This document shows positions 9,067 to 19,057 of a stretch of 64,000 bases of DNA, piece by piece (within the stretch, counting starts at the first letter, position 1; every line of letters begins with the position of its first letter). Source of the DNA: an uncultured delta proteobacterium (GTDB taxonomy: Bacteria; Myxococcota_A; Polyangia; Polyangiales; Polyangiaceae); assembly GCA_963850305.1 (NCBI GenBank), contig CAWKKR010000001.1, positions 448,001-512,000 on the forward strand, given 5' to 3'. The notes under the pieces were generated by a model. The model did no database searches and had not been told where the DNA came from. It saw only the letters and a program-made list of their open reading frames with translations. Both the position numbers and the translations under genes were made by a program.

Positions 9067-9660
9067 CTACTGAACCGGAAACGGATTCGGGAACCAGTTC
9101 AGCCCGACCGTTCGATACACGCTGAATCTCGCGAAGTCGATACCCAGGACGGCGGCGAAGCGATTGTCGTCGTTCTGGTCTCGCGCCGCATCGAGGTTCA
9201 GCGTGATGCCCCAGGGCGCACCGATCGAGAGCGTGCCCCCGTAACCGGGTGCGAACGGCGCGTGATAGCGCTGCATGCTGCCTAGATCCAGCGCCAGACC
9301 CCACGCGCCGCGGACGTAACCGCGCGTCGCGAGGCGCGCATACGCCCCGAAATCGGTTCCGTCATCGAACTGGGTCTGCCAGCGGAGCAAACCTCCAAGG
9401 ACGAACGCGCTTTTCGGGGATGAACCCAGACCCGTGTCGATTTGCAGGACGGGATGAACAACCCGTGACCCCGAGCGATCGAGCAAGGATGCCCCGCTTC
9501 CCGCGAAAAACCACGAGGATACGTCGGCGCGAGCGACACTGGTCACGGACGTCAGCAAGAGACCGGAGAGAATGCCCGCGACGCCCGCGCGTAGATGAAG
9601 CAACACGGCCGCCCCGGTACCACGGAGTCTGCCGCGCCGCACCCGGCGACCGGCCATCAA
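9067..9660 (-). CDS. Hypothetical exported protein, possibly a small outer-membrane beta-barrel
   Basis: Hydrophobic segment ending VARA/D, followed by Gly/aromatic-rich alternating strands. The true start may lie downstream of the listed one. Confidence 0.6.
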   Translation of the reverse strand: MMAGRRVRRGRLRGTGAAVLLHLRAGVAGILSGLLLTSVTSVARADVSSWFFAGSGASLLDRSGSRVVHPVLQIDTGLGSSPKSAFVLGGLLRWQTQFDDGTDFGAYARLATRGYVRGAWGLALDLGSMQRYHAPFAPGYGGTLSIGAPWGITLNLDAARDQNDDNRFAAVLGIDFARFSVYRTVGLNWFPNPFPVQ

Positions 9661-10368
9661 TCAATCGCGCGCGCGCCCGATCCTGCCGATGATGCGATGG
9701 GCGACGTCTTCGTCGAAAAGGAGCGCGTTGTGGCCGGCGTCCGGGACGACCCAGCGGTCGCCTGCCCCGAACTCGGTATCGGACGGGACGGCCGTGTCAG
9801 CCGTCCCGAAAATGGATAGATGCGGGACGCGGGGCTCGGCCGCGCCAGCGGCGAGCCGGCGCAGCACCGCACTGCCTCGCTGCATATCTCGCCCCGCAGG
9901 GCCCGGCAGAAGCCGCGCGCCACGCGCGCCGTCGAAGGGCGCCGCCACGGATATCGTCTGCGCGACGCGCGGATCGGTCGGGTACTCCTGAACGAACCAG
10001 CGGACTGCAAGGCCACCGAGGCTGTGCCCGACGAGGTGTACCCGGCACGTGCGCGGCAGACGCCGGAGGATGCCCGCGATCGTCTCCGCAATGTCCGTGA
10101 CGCCGAAGCTCGGTGGGTACGTGAACGTCGCCACCCGGGAGCCGAGGCGTTCGAGCCGGTCCCGCAAAGGTCGCCAGGCGCCCGCGGTTGCGAGGGCGCC
10201 GTGTACCAGGATGACCACGTCCTCGCCGTCCCGGATCCCCTTCGGGACACTCGTGTCGAGATCGCGGGGCAGGAGGCTCGCGAGACGTACGAACGCCCGC
10301 GCCTCACGCGTTGCGGCATAGAGTCGGTTCACGGGAACTCTTTCGTCGAGACGTTCCGCATCCATCAC
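9661..10368 (-). CDS. Alpha/beta-fold hydrolase (lipase/esterase-like)
   Basis: VILVHG, nucleophile elbow GHSLGG, GTADTAV (Asp) and GHNALL (His). Confidence 0.85.
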   Translation of the reverse strand: MMDAERLDERVPVNRLYAATREARAFVRLASLLPRDLDTSVPKGIRDGEDVVILVHGALATAGAWRPLRDRLERLGSRVATFTYPPSFGVTDIAETIAGILRRLPRTCRVHLVGHSLGGLAVRWFVQEYPTDPRVAQTISVAAPFDGARGARLLPGPAGRDMQRGSAVLRRLAAGAAEPRVPHLSIFGTADTAVPSDTEFGAGDRWVVPDAGHNALLFDEDVAHRIIGRIGRARD

Positions 10369-10441
10369 GCGCTGTTTTATAACAGCGTGCGGGCGAGGAC
10401 GTCAGTTTTTGGGCAAGCCCGGCGTGAAGAGTTCGATACAG

Positions 10442-10876
10442 ATGGCCACCCGCGACGACTTCGTCCCTCCGGTGCATGCGTTCCGTCACCCGTTCACGGT
10501 GCGGGCGACCGACATCGACGAGCTCGGGCACGCGAACAACGTCGTCTGGGTTCGGTGGGTGAACGAGGCAGCCATCGCCCATTCGCGGTCCGTCGGACTC
10601 GGACCGGACATTTATTTTTCGCTGAAGGTGGTCTGGGTGGTGCGACGGCACGACATCGAATACCTCTCCCCCGCGCTCGAGGGCGAAGAGCTGTACGCGG
10701 TGACCTGGGTGGCCACCGTCCGAGGCGCGACGTCCCTCAGACGGACGCTCATCCTTCGCGACGATCGCCTGCTGGCGCGCGCCGAGACGACCTGGGCGCT
10801 CATCGATACCGAGACCGCACGACCGCGCCGTATCCCGCAGGAGATGATGGCTCGCTATGGCTTCGAGTCAGCGTGA
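10442..10876 (+). CDS. Acyl-CoA thioesterase (hotdog fold, 4HBT/YbgC-like)
   Basis: DIDELGHANN motif, VVRRHDIEY, RPRRIP. Confidence 0.88.
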   Translation: MATRDDFVPPVHAFRHPFTVRATDIDELGHANNVVWVRWVNEAAIAHSRSVGLGPDIYFSLKVVWVVRRHDIEYLSPALEGEELYAVTWVATVRGATSLRRTLILRDDRLLARAETTWALIDTETARPRRIPQEMMARYGFESA

Positions 10877-12895
10877 CGGTGTCCCGGTCTTCCAGTCCGA
10901 CTCTAGAAACCGAGGATCGTTGCCCTTGAGCGCGGCGCGCAGATAGCTGGTCGTGTCCTGGTTGGCGAGGCCAATGGCCGTCAGGCCATCGGGCGTGAAC
11001 GACAGATCCTCGGGCAACGCCGGAAACGACGCGGTCGAGCCATTCCAGGCCACGACGTCCACCGTCGTGCCCGCGGAGTTACAGCTACCAAAACAAAGTC
11101 GCACCGACCCAGCCAGATCACCGGTGTTCGCGATCGGAACTCCCGTGCTGATGTCACCCGTCTGGTTCGGCGGCTCGGAGAGATAAACGGTAGCCCCGCT
11201 TCCGAGCAGGCGCGAATCGAGGACGGATTCGATCGACGTCGAGACGCCCTGAGTCTGGAAGTTGACCTGAAACGGCTGAATGCCGACCGCGCAATCCGCG
11301 TGGTTCTTCATCGTGATGTAATCGGCATCACCGACGAAGACTTCCTCGAGCCGGACGCCGAAGGGCACGTTCGGCGTGCCCGTGCAGAAATCACCGCCGG
11401 TGAAGTTCGGATATTTCCCGGTGGTCCCGACGCGAACCCAGCTCTTGGTATCCTGGTTCGCTGCATTGATGCCCGTCAGCGGAAACGCGAACGTCACGGG
11501 CGCTGGCGGCGCTGGCGGCGGGTCGAGCGTCGAGGGATCACCGTCGGCGAAGGACACGACGTCGAGCACGTTCGTTCCCGTCGAACAGTCGCCCTTGCAC
11601 AGGAGCACGGAGCCGCCACGGTCGTACTCGAACGGGATGTCGCCCCCGGCGTCGATCGCGCCGGGCGTGGACGCGCCGAGGTTCTCCTGGATCCGCAGCT
11701 GATCCCCGGGCGCGAGCGTCACACCCGACAGGGGCGTCGTGAGCCCGGCCGCCACGCTGTCATCGAAGAAGACGTTCGCCGACGAGAGGTCCGCGGGACA
11801 GTCGGACATGTTCCGGAGCACCACGTAGTCCGTCGTGCCGATGCCGAGCTCGACGATACGCACTCCGTCGAGACCTTCGCACACCGCCGACACGCCCAGC
11901 GAATAGGTACCCTTGTCCGAGGCGCCTGCCCCATCGACGACGGCGTAGTAAGTCCCCGCTGCGAGATCGGGGAATGTCATCGATTCGTGTCCGACCGCGG
12001 TGTTCGAACACGCATCACCGCCCGGCTCGTTCAGCACGTAGCTCGGGTTACACGCGGTCGTGTACGTCCGGAGAATACCGTCGAAGTTCGCGTTGAGCGT
12101 GAGAGTCACGGTTCGCGCGCGATCGAGCGTGAAGGAATAGAGGGCATCGGGCCCGGCGCCGGCGACGCTTTCGTCACATTGCGCGGGAAGGACGCGGCTC
12201 ACCGCGTCGGAGGTATCCCCCGTGATGCTTCCCGCTGCGGTGCCCGTACCAGCGAGAGTGATCGGCGTCGCGGTCCCACAGGTGTTTTCCAGTTTGCACT
12301 TCGAGCTGCAGCCGTCCCCGCTCGTTTCGTTACCGTCGTCGCACTGCTCGCCGGCCACGTTGATGACTCCGTCACCACAGCGCGGTGCGGCGCCCGAGCC
12401 CGCGTCAGCGGCGCCTCCGCTGGCAGCGCCCCCACCGGCTCCGCTGGTGCCGCCGTTGGCCGACGTGCCACCCGCCGAGGCAGTACCGCCGCCAGCGGAC
12501 GCGCCGCCGGTGCCAGAAGCGCCGCCGCTACCGGTCGAGCCACCGCTCTCGGTGCCGGCCGAGCCATCTGTGGATGCATCACTCGTGGGGCCTCCATCCA
12601 GTTGCAAGCCGGCATCGGTCCCGCCGTTCCCGGGCGCACCGCCCACTTCCTCGAAGCCACCTGTGCCGGGCGAGAAGCCACCCGCGCCGAACGTCAGGCC
12701 ACCCGCGCCGACAGCCCCTCCGCTATCGAACACGGAGGTGCCGCCCGCGACGGCAAATCCGCCGCCCTGGTCGGTGCCGCCGCTCCCCGTGAAGAAGCCA
12801 CCGGCGCCGCCGTTTTCGCCGTTGGAGCTTTTGTTGCCGGAACCACAACCGGCAACCAGACCGACGAGACTCACGAACAAAGCAAGACGGCGCAT
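10868..12895 (-). CDS. Large surface lipoprotein: Gly-rich linker, myxobacterial Cys-rich repeat (DUF4215-like), PPC-like domain and two lamin-tail-like domains
   Basis: MRRLALFVSLVGLVAGC lipobox; CGDGVIN..GEQCDDGN..SGDGCSSKC; LAAGTYYAVVDG; repeated VR(I/L).E...G..DY(V/I).(L/M).N...C modules. Confidence 0.75.
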   Translation of the reverse strand: MRRLALFVSLVGLVAGCGSGNKSSNGENGGAGGFFTGSGGTDQGGGFAVAGGTSVFDSGGAVGAGGLTFGAGGFSPGTGGFEEVGGAPGNGGTDAGLQLDGGPTSDASTDGSAGTESGGSTGSGGASGTGGASAGGGTASAGGTSANGGTSGAGGGAASGGAADAGSGAAPRCGDGVINVAGEQCDDGNETSGDGCSSKCKLENTCGTATPITLAGTGTAAGSITGDTSDAVSRVLPAQCDESVAGAGPDALYSFTLDRARTVTLTLNANFDGILRTYTTACNPSYVLNEPGGDACSNTAVGHESMTFPDLAAGTYYAVVDGAGASDKGTYSLGVSAVCEGLDGVRIVELGIGTTDYVVLRNMSDCPADLSSANVFFDDSVAAGLTTPLSGVTLAPGDQLRIQENLGASTPGAIDAGGDIPFEYDRGGSVLLCKGDCSTGTNVLDVVSFADGDPSTLDPPPAPPAPVTFAFPLTGINAANQDTKSWVRVGTTGKYPNFTGGDFCTGTPNVPFGVRLEEVFVGDADYITMKNHADCAVGIQPFQVNFQTQGVSTSIESVLDSRLLGSGATVYLSEPPNQTGDISTGVPIANTGDLAGSVRLCFGSCNSAGTTVDVVAWNGSTASFPALPEDLSFTPDGLTAIGLANQDTTSYLRAALKGNDPRFLESDWKTGTPSR

Positions 12896-13079
12896 GTCTA
12901 TCTTTCTCGAGGACGCGGATCCGAGAACGGATCGAACAGTTTTGTCACCGACCACGCGCGGCGGTCAAGCGTCCGGCGCGCCGTCCGCGGTCTTCCAGGC
13001 CCGAGCTACGGGGTCGCCAGACCTCGAGATCTCGGCGGCTCCTCGAGCGAACGACGGTGGCGTCGAGTCGCCCTCCGAC

Positions 13080-13655
13080 TCAGCCCAGATCGAGTGCCAG
13101 TTCCGCTAGCGTCCCGGGAGAAATGTCCGCCCGCGCGCGATAAGCCGGGTGCTCGACGCCGATGACGATTCTCGCCTTGCCCGTCCGTGCGGCGACGGCA
13201 GACTCCGGCGAGAGCGGAAACTTGGCGTAGTGCACGGCAGTGGTACGACCGGGCAAGATCCCGCGGCTCTCGTTGCGCACGGCATTTCGCTCCCCCGCGA
13301 CCTCGATGAAAAACTTGTCTTCGACTCCGGCGAGAGCGGCGAGCATGCGCTCCCGCTCGTCCGGGTCCGGATACTCGACGAAGATCGTCGCGCTGAGCTC
13401 GTTCGTGGCTGGAACGAGCTCATTGTAGGTCTCGAGTTCGTGGAGAACGGCGTCCTCACGCGTGATGCGTTCCGTCCGGAGCATCTCCTGAACCTGGCAG
13501 AGCACGGTGTCGCGATTCTCGAAGAGCACCATCATGTTGGCGCCGAGAGCGACGCGACGCAGTGTCTTCAGCCCGATGATGCGCCGCCGGAAATGTTCGC
13601 GGATCTGCTCGTAGCTCGCCAGGTCCAGGATTTCACTTCGTTCGACGCGCTTCAT
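13080..13655 (-). CDS. DUF3501 family protein
   Basis: YEQIR..FR, RRVALG, LFEN..TV..QVQEMLR.ER, YNELVP, AVHY.KF. Context near rubrerythrin and an Fe-S oxidoreductase fits. Confidence 0.85.
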   Translation of the reverse strand: MKRVERSEILDLASYEQIREHFRRRIIGLKTLRRVALGANMMVLFENRDTVLCQVQEMLRTERITREDAVLHELETYNELVPATNELSATIFVEYPDPDERERMLAALAGVEDKFFIEVAGERNAVRNESRGILPGRTTAVHYAKFPLSPESAVAARTGKARIVIGVEHPAYRARADISPGTLAELALDLG

Positions 13656-14126
13656 GTTCGTCGTTCGAGACTAACGCGGGAGATAACCTTCTGACACTCC
13701 CTCGCGGAAACGCCCTTGCCGCCCCCGCGGAACGGGCCTGCCTCTCGCACGTCGAGGAGGACGGGGTGACGCGGCTCATCGGCATGCTGCTGCCATGCGG
13801 CCTCGGACGAAGCGGAGCACCCGGGGCGAGAAACGCATCGCCGATGGCGTCGCAGGTTGGCGAATCGTTCCGAGCAAGGCATGCACCCTTTGCAACGCCC
13901 GCGCCGCAATTGCGCATGACGAGGGGCGCCTGACAGCGGGTGATGACTCGCCGGAGGCTCCGTTGGCGATCCGGGCACCGGCTCGCTTCTTGCTCAGGTG
14001 CGAATCGTGGACGCCCGCTCAGGGTAGCCCAGATCCCTGGCGTTGCTGACGCGAGCGAGAAATTCGTCCAGGACGCGACCTTCCGTGACGTCCAGAGAAA
14101 CACCAGAGAGCCCTACGGAGAACAGC

Positions 14127-14594
14127 ATGAACATCGACATCGGTATCGAGGCGAACAAGCGGCAGGAAATCGCGAGCGGCCTATCCCGCGTGCTCGCCGA
14201 CACCTACACGCTCTACCTGAAGACCCACAATTTCCACTGGAACGTCACCGGGCCGATGTTCCAGACGCTGCACCTCATGTTCGAAGTTCAGTACAACGAA
14301 CTCTGGCTCGCGGTCGACCTCGTGGCGGAACGGATCCGTGCCCTCGGGTTCCCGGCGCCGGGCACTTATCGCCAACTTGCCGCGCTCTCGTCGATCAAGG
14401 ACGACGAGGGAGTGCCGCAGGCCCAGGACATGATCCGGAAGCTCGTCGAGGGACATGAGACGGTCGCGCGAACCGCTCGCGCCACTTTCAAGACAGCGGA
14501 GGACAGCAACGACCAGCCCACCTGCGACCTGCTCACCCAGCGCATGCAGATCCACGAGAAGACGGCATGGATGCTGCGCAGCCTGCTCGAGTGA
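14127..14594 (+). CDS. dps: DNA-binding ferritin-like protein Dps
   Basis: [52 protein letters not shown] ribosome-binding site upstream of ATG 14127. Confidence 0.95.
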   Translation: MNIDIGIEANKRQEIASGLSRVLADTYTLYLKTHNFHWNVTGPMFQTLHLMFEVQYNELWLAVDLVAERIRALGFPAPGTYRQLAALSSIKDDEGVPQAQDMIRKLVEGHETVARTARATFKTAEDSNDQPTCDLLTQRMQIHEKTAWMLRSLLE

Positions 14595-14693
14595 GGAACC
14601 AATCAGGCAGCCGAGCGTAAGGAACCGAGCGTCCGGCGCCGCGTCGGGGAGCTCCGGGGTGGACTCCCCGTGTCACGCTTCTTGCACCCACGC

Positions 14694-16010
14694 CTAGCTC
14701 AGGTCGAGTTCATAAGCCTTCGCCAGGGCGACGATCGGGTGGAGCATCTCGATCTGCCGCTCCTTCAGGACGCGAAGCCCGGCGAGACTGCAGTCTCCCA
14801 CAACGTGATCCGGAACCTCGGCATCAAGCTCCAGAACTAACTTCTGCGCGTAGCGTGCCCCTTCTTCGTAATGCTTTGCCTTCATACCCCAGGTGCCGTC
14901 CACCGCGGAGCATTGCTCCACAATCCGGACCTCCGTATCCGGCAGGCGCGAGAGCACGCGTGCGCCTGGAAGCGCGATCTTCTGCGCGCGGAGATGGCAG
15001 GCCGCGTGATAGGCGACCTTGCCGAGGCCGCGCTTGAAATCCTTCTCGAGCTTCTTTTCTTGCCTCAGCTTGTCGAGAAACTGCATCAAGTCGAGCACCG
15101 CCGCCGACACGGCGCCCGCCGCTCCCGTACCGACGTACACCGGCCATTCCTTTTTCATCGTGTAGCCGCACGTGGGGCCGGGCACGACGATCGGAACACC
15201 CCGCCGCACGAAGGGTTCCAGGGACTCGACGTTTGCCGACATCTTCTGCGTCGCGGCCTCCACGTCGCCGCCATCCAGGTTCGGCATGCCGCAACACGTG
15301 AGACCTTCCGGCAAGCGGACGGCATAGCCGTTGTGCTCGAGCACGCGCACCGCCGCGCGTGGCATCTCGGGAAAATTGTAGCTCCCATAACACGTCGGGA
15401 AGAGAGCCACTTCGCCGCGCGTGCCGGACTCGGCGAGCGGCGTGTGGTCACGCATCCAGCCCTCGAACGGATGCCGAGCAACGGGGGGTAACGGAAAGTC
15501 CGCGGAAATCCCCGTGACCTTCTCCGCCGCTTTCCGGACGAGGCGGTTCGCGTTGACGATATTCGCCAGCGGCGCGGCTGCGCCCGCCGACAGCGCGCCG
15601 ATGAGGGCGGGCTCCCCGAGGATGCGATCGACGAGCGGGATGCCCTCCCTTCGCGCGCGCTGGGCTTTTTCTCGCGCCATCAAGCGCGGAAAGTCGAGCA
15701 GTTCCCCCGCGCCCTCGTCCGCCGTGTACGGACATTTGATGTAACACAGCTTGCACTGCCAGCAGTGATCGCTCACCGCGGCGATCGTTCCTGCGTCTGC
15801 AAGCTCCGCCCCCTCGGCGCGGCCCGAATCAACCTCGCGATCGATCGCACCAAACAGGATCGGGAACGAGCCGCAGTAGCCCACGCACATCCGGCACTCG
15901 TGGCAGACCTGAAATGTCCGGAGCAGCTCCGACCCCAGGTCCTCCGGGTCCCAGTAGCGTTCCTCGCGAGGGTTCCACTCGGGCGCCCGCACGGGCTTTC
16001 TCGCCATCAT
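14694..16010 (-). CDS. Fe-S oxidoreductase (GlpC/HdrD-like with CCG domains), rubrerythrin-associated
   Basis: CHECRMC...C and CWQCKLC...CP ferredoxin-like motifs; CCGMP; YHAACH. Confidence 0.88.
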   Translation of the reverse strand: MMARKPVRAPEWNPREERYWDPEDLGSELLRTFQVCHECRMCVGYCGSFPILFGAIDREVDSGRAEGAELADAGTIAAVSDHCWQCKLCYIKCPYTADEGAGELLDFPRLMAREKAQRARREGIPLVDRILGEPALIGALSAGAAAPLANIVNANRLVRKAAEKVTGISADFPLPPVARHPFEGWMRDHTPLAESGTRGEVALFPTCYGSYNFPEMPRAAVRVLEHNGYAVRLPEGLTCCGMPNLDGGDVEAATQKMSANVESLEPFVRRGVPIVVPGPTCGYTMKKEWPVYVGTGAAGAVSAAVLDLMQFLDKLRQEKKLEKDFKRGLGKVAYHAACHLRAQKIALPGARVLSRLPDTEVRIVEQCSAVDGTWGMKAKHYEEGARYAQKLVLELDAEVPDHVVGDCSLAGLRVLKERQIEMLHPIVALAKAYELDLS

Positions 16011-16062
16011 GAGGATAGACGCGCGCCCCACGGATTGCGGGGCGCGCTAATCCCGGAACCCT

Positions 16063-16485
16063 TCAATCGAGCAAGGACTTCGCCGCCTTGTCGAACCGAC
16101 CGGCGTGGGATTTCTCTGCCTTTGCGAGCGTCTCGAACCATTCGGCAATGTCGGTGAAGCCTTCTTCACGCGCCGTCTTTGCCATGCCCGGGTACATGGT
16201 CTCGTACTCGTGCGTTTCTCCGGCTACGGCAGCCTTGAGGTTCTTGAGCGTCGGACCGATCGGCAGGCCCGTCGCTGGGTCGCCGACGGACTTGAGAAAG
16301 TCCAGGTGCCCGTGCGCGTGCCCCGTCTCGCCGTCGGCCGTGTCCTTGAAGAGGCCTGCAACCTCTGGATAGCCCTCCACGTCCGCCACCTTCGCGAAAT
16401 AGAGATAACGACGGTTCGCCTGGGACTCACCCGCGAACGCGTCCTTGAGATTCTGGTGCGTCTTCGTGCCTTCGAGCTTCGCCAT
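16063..16485 (-). CDS. Rubrerythrin family protein (short form without a rubredoxin domain)
   Basis: AFAGESQANRRYLYFA, GETGHA, GETHEY..MYPG.A..AREEGF, AEKSHA. No C-terminal CxxC pairs. Confidence 0.93.
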   Translation of the reverse strand: MAKLEGTKTHQNLKDAFAGESQANRRYLYFAKVADVEGYPEVAGLFKDTADGETGHAHGHLDFLKSVGDPATGLPIGPTLKNLKAAVAGETHEYETMYPGMAKTAREEGFTDIAEWFETLAKAEKSHAGRFDKAAKSLLD

Positions 16486-16603
16486 CTCACTCCTCCGAAC
16501 CGAGCGCCCGTCCGGGCACTCAAGGTCATCACCATAGAGTGTTCCCGTGACGGGTCAACCTGGGAAAGTGCATGCTCCTGATCCCGGCCTCGGCGAGGGG
16601 GCA

Positions 16604-17677
16604 TCAAACTCGCCCGGACGCGATGTGCTCCGCCGCCTTGTTCGCGAGCGCATGAACGCCCATGATCATGATGGCGAAACGTTCGTCCTTGGTGAGCCCT
16701 TGCTTGTAACGGTAATAGATCTGCTGGATCACGACTGCCGTCTTGAACATCCCGAACACGTAGTAATAAAGAGGATTCCCGACGTCGCGACCCGACGCGC
16801 GGGCGTATCGCTCCGCGATTTCGGCGCGGGTCAGTGCGCCGGGTTCCGTCGTGGGTCCCCATTTCATGATCTGGAGCGCGTCCCCGTCGCCGGGCTCGAC
16901 CCAGTATCCGAGGAGCGTGCCGAGGTCCATCAGCGGATCTCCGAGCGTGGACATCTCCCAGTCGAGCACGCCGACGATCCGCGTGAGGTCGTTCGAGTCG
17001 AGGACGACGTTGTCTAGCTTGTAATCGTTGTGGAGCAGCGCCGAGCCGCTCTCGTCCGGCAAGTGCTCGGCGAGCCATCTCGCAACTTCGGTGACCGCCG
17101 GGATGTCGTCCGTGCACGAGTCCGTGTAGCGCTTGGTCCAGCCCGTCACCTGGCGCTCCACGTATCCTTCGGGCTTTCCGAGGTCGCCCAGGCCAGCTCG
17201 CTGATAGTCGACCGCATGGATGCGGGCGAGATTGTCGACCAGATTCAGCTGCAGCGTGCGGAGCACGTCGGGCGACAGCGTCATCGACGGCGGGAGCGAC
17301 TTGCGGATGATGACACCGCGAAGCCGCCGCATCATGTAGAACCTGGCGCCGATGACGCTCTCGTCTTCGCACATGACGACGGCCTCCGGGGCCAGCGGGT
17401 AAGCGGCGTGGAGCTTCGATAAAATCCGATACTCGCGCCCCATGTCATGAGCGCTCTTCACCTTGCTCCCGAACGGGGGCCGGCGAAGCACGTACTCATG
17501 GCCCGCCGCTCGCACGGCGTAGGTGAGGTTCGAGTGTCCGCTCGGGAATTGCTCGACGGTGACGGTGCCGTCCGCACCGATTTCCGGCACGGACTGCCGC
17601 AAGTACGCGGTGAGCCCCTCGACATCGAGCTCCTCCCCTTCGCGCACGCTCCGCGGGCGGTCGATGAAATCGTTCAT
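16604..17677 (-). CDS. Phosphotransferase (APH / ACAD10-like kinase) family protein
   Basis: [42 protein letters not shown]. Start placed at ATG 17677. Confidence 0.9.
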   Translation of the reverse strand: MNDFIDRPRSVREGEELDVEGLTAYLRQSVPEIGADGTVTVEQFPSGHSNLTYAVRAAGHEYVLRRPPFGSKVKSAHDMGREYRILSKLHAAYPLAPEAVVMCEDESVIGARFYMMRRLRGVIIRKSLPPSMTLSPDVLRTLQLNLVDNLARIHAVDYQRAGLGDLGKPEGYVERQVTGWTKRYTDSCTDDIPAVTEVARWLAEHLPDESGSALLHNDYKLDNVVLDSNDLTRIVGVLDWEMSTLGDPLMDLGTLLGYWVEPGDGDALQIMKWGPTTEPGALTRAEIAERYARASGRDVGNPLYYYVFGMFKTAVVIQQIYYRYKQGLTKDERFAIMIMGVHALANKAAEHIASGRV

Positions 17678-17770
17678 GGGCCTCCGAGGGTACACTCGTC
17701 GAGGCGGTCCACCGAGCGCATTTCGGGGCCCGTGCCGGCCGTTCGGCACTGATGGTACTAGAGAGCAACG

Positions 17771-18277
17771 CTAGCGCGCCAGGGAAGCGAGCTTTCGTTC
17801 CAGGTCCGTCACCGAGACGAAGCCCTCGTGCCTCCACACTTCCGCGCCGGTCGAATCGAGAATGACGGTCGTGGGTACTACCCTCACGCTGCCGAAAGGG
17901 CCGCTCGCGTCGAGCGTTGCTTCGTCCGCGAGTGCGATCGGAAAGGGGATTTCGAGCGTCGCCGCGAACGTTTCCACGAGGGGAGCGTCCTGCGGCGGCT
18001 CGAGCACGACGGCGCCCGCATGGATCCGCGGGCGAGACCGGCTGAAAACATCCGCGATCTCGCGGACGACCGCCTGTGAGCCCATGTCGAACGTCGCGAT
18101 GAACGTCACGATCGTCGGACGGCCGAGCGTCGTCCGGGTCCCGAAATGGGACCCATCCATCGTGACGTAGTCAAAGCTCCGCAAAGCTCCTGGTGCTCGC
18201 TCGGAAGCGGCAGGGCGCCCCGACACGGAGCAGGCAGGAAGCGCCAGCAGCGCAAGGAGCAACGGAGTCGAGCGCAC
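17771..18277 (-). CDS. TlpA/thioredoxin-fold lipoprotein lacking CxxC
   Basis: Lipobox LPAC; GRPTIVTFIATF; cis-Pro motif VVPTTVILD..G. Confidence 0.7.
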   Translation of the reverse strand: MRSTPLLLALLALPACSVSGRPAASERAPGALRSFDYVTMDGSHFGTRTTLGRPTIVTFIATFDMGSQAVVREIADVFSRSRPRIHAGAVVLEPPQDAPLVETFAATLEIPFPIALADEATLDASGPFGSVRVVPTTVILDSTGAEVWRHEGFVSVTDLERKLASLAR

Positions 18278-18286
18278 GCCCCGACG

Positions 18287-19030
18287 TTACTTCGCAACCG
18301 AGAGGCGAGAAGGAGCTTCGCTGCTCGGGCCGAAGAGATCGGCGAAAACGCTGAGGGCCTCGGGTATCGGACGTCCCGTGCGCGTCTGCGCGACGACGGT
18401 GATCGCAAGATCGTCCACCGCGGTACCGAGCGGCGTCGGCTCCAGCACGACGCCGCCGACGATATCGCCGGGCCGCGGCGCACGGGTCCGCTCCACGATG
18501 GGATCGTGCTTCACCCAGTCGAACATCTCGCCTCTCTGATACGCGCAGGCGAGGACCTGTACGAAGTCGAGGTAAAGGGGTGCCACGATGGCGGTCACCC
18601 GCGCCGCGCTGTCGGCGCGATTGGAAAGCGCGAACGCGGCGGTCCGCGGCGTTGCGTCAGCGTGAACCGGACCGATGGCGGCCAGCACGGCGGCGCGGCG
18701 CTTTTGATCCGTCTCCACGGCGAGCAGCGGGGCGTAAACGGCGATGCGCGGCACCGCTACACGATCGACGTCGTGTTCGAGCGCGGCAATCCACACGTCG
18801 CGAGACGGACCGTCGAGCTCACGATAAGCCATCGCCGCGGCGAGCGCCGCCTCCGCGTCCGTCGCGAGCCTGCCGAGGAACGCACACCAGACGTCGAGGA
18901 GTCGCGGATCCGCGCTCGCGGCGGCCATGTTCGGCAAGGGCGTCGCGCCCGCGCGAAGATCTGGATTACTCGGAAGCGACTTCCGCATCGTCTTCGCCTG
19001 GACGCTAGAGGATTGCACAGTCGCATGCAA
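18287..19030 (-). CDS. Hypothetical protein
   Basis: Fills the gap in a run of closely spaced minus-strand genes with globular-looking composition. Start uncertain. Confidence 0.6.
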   Translation of the reverse strand: MHATVQSSSVQAKTMRKSLPSNPDLRAGATPLPNMAAASADPRLLDVWCAFLGRLATDAEAALAAAMAYRELDGPSRDVWIAALEHDVDRVAVPRIAVYAPLLAVETDQKRRAAVLAAIGPVHADATPRTAAFALSNRADSAARVTAIVAPLYLDFVQVLACAYQRGEMFDWVKHDPIVERTRAPRPGDIVGGVVLEPTPLGTAVDDLAITVVAQTRTGRPIPEALSVFADLFGPSSEAPSRLSVAK

Positions 19031-19057
19031 GGACCCACGCCGTCGAGTCCGAGTGGG

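Noticed and set aside
8436..9304. ORFs translated through the 78-bp array (and likewise 45249-46309)
   Set aside because: They are repeat-derived, overlap real genes and lack start signals or protein-like composition.
12400..12830. Low-complexity GGC/GGN-rich stretch
   Set aside because: Explained by the Gly-rich linker of the lipoprotein; not an independent DNA repeat.
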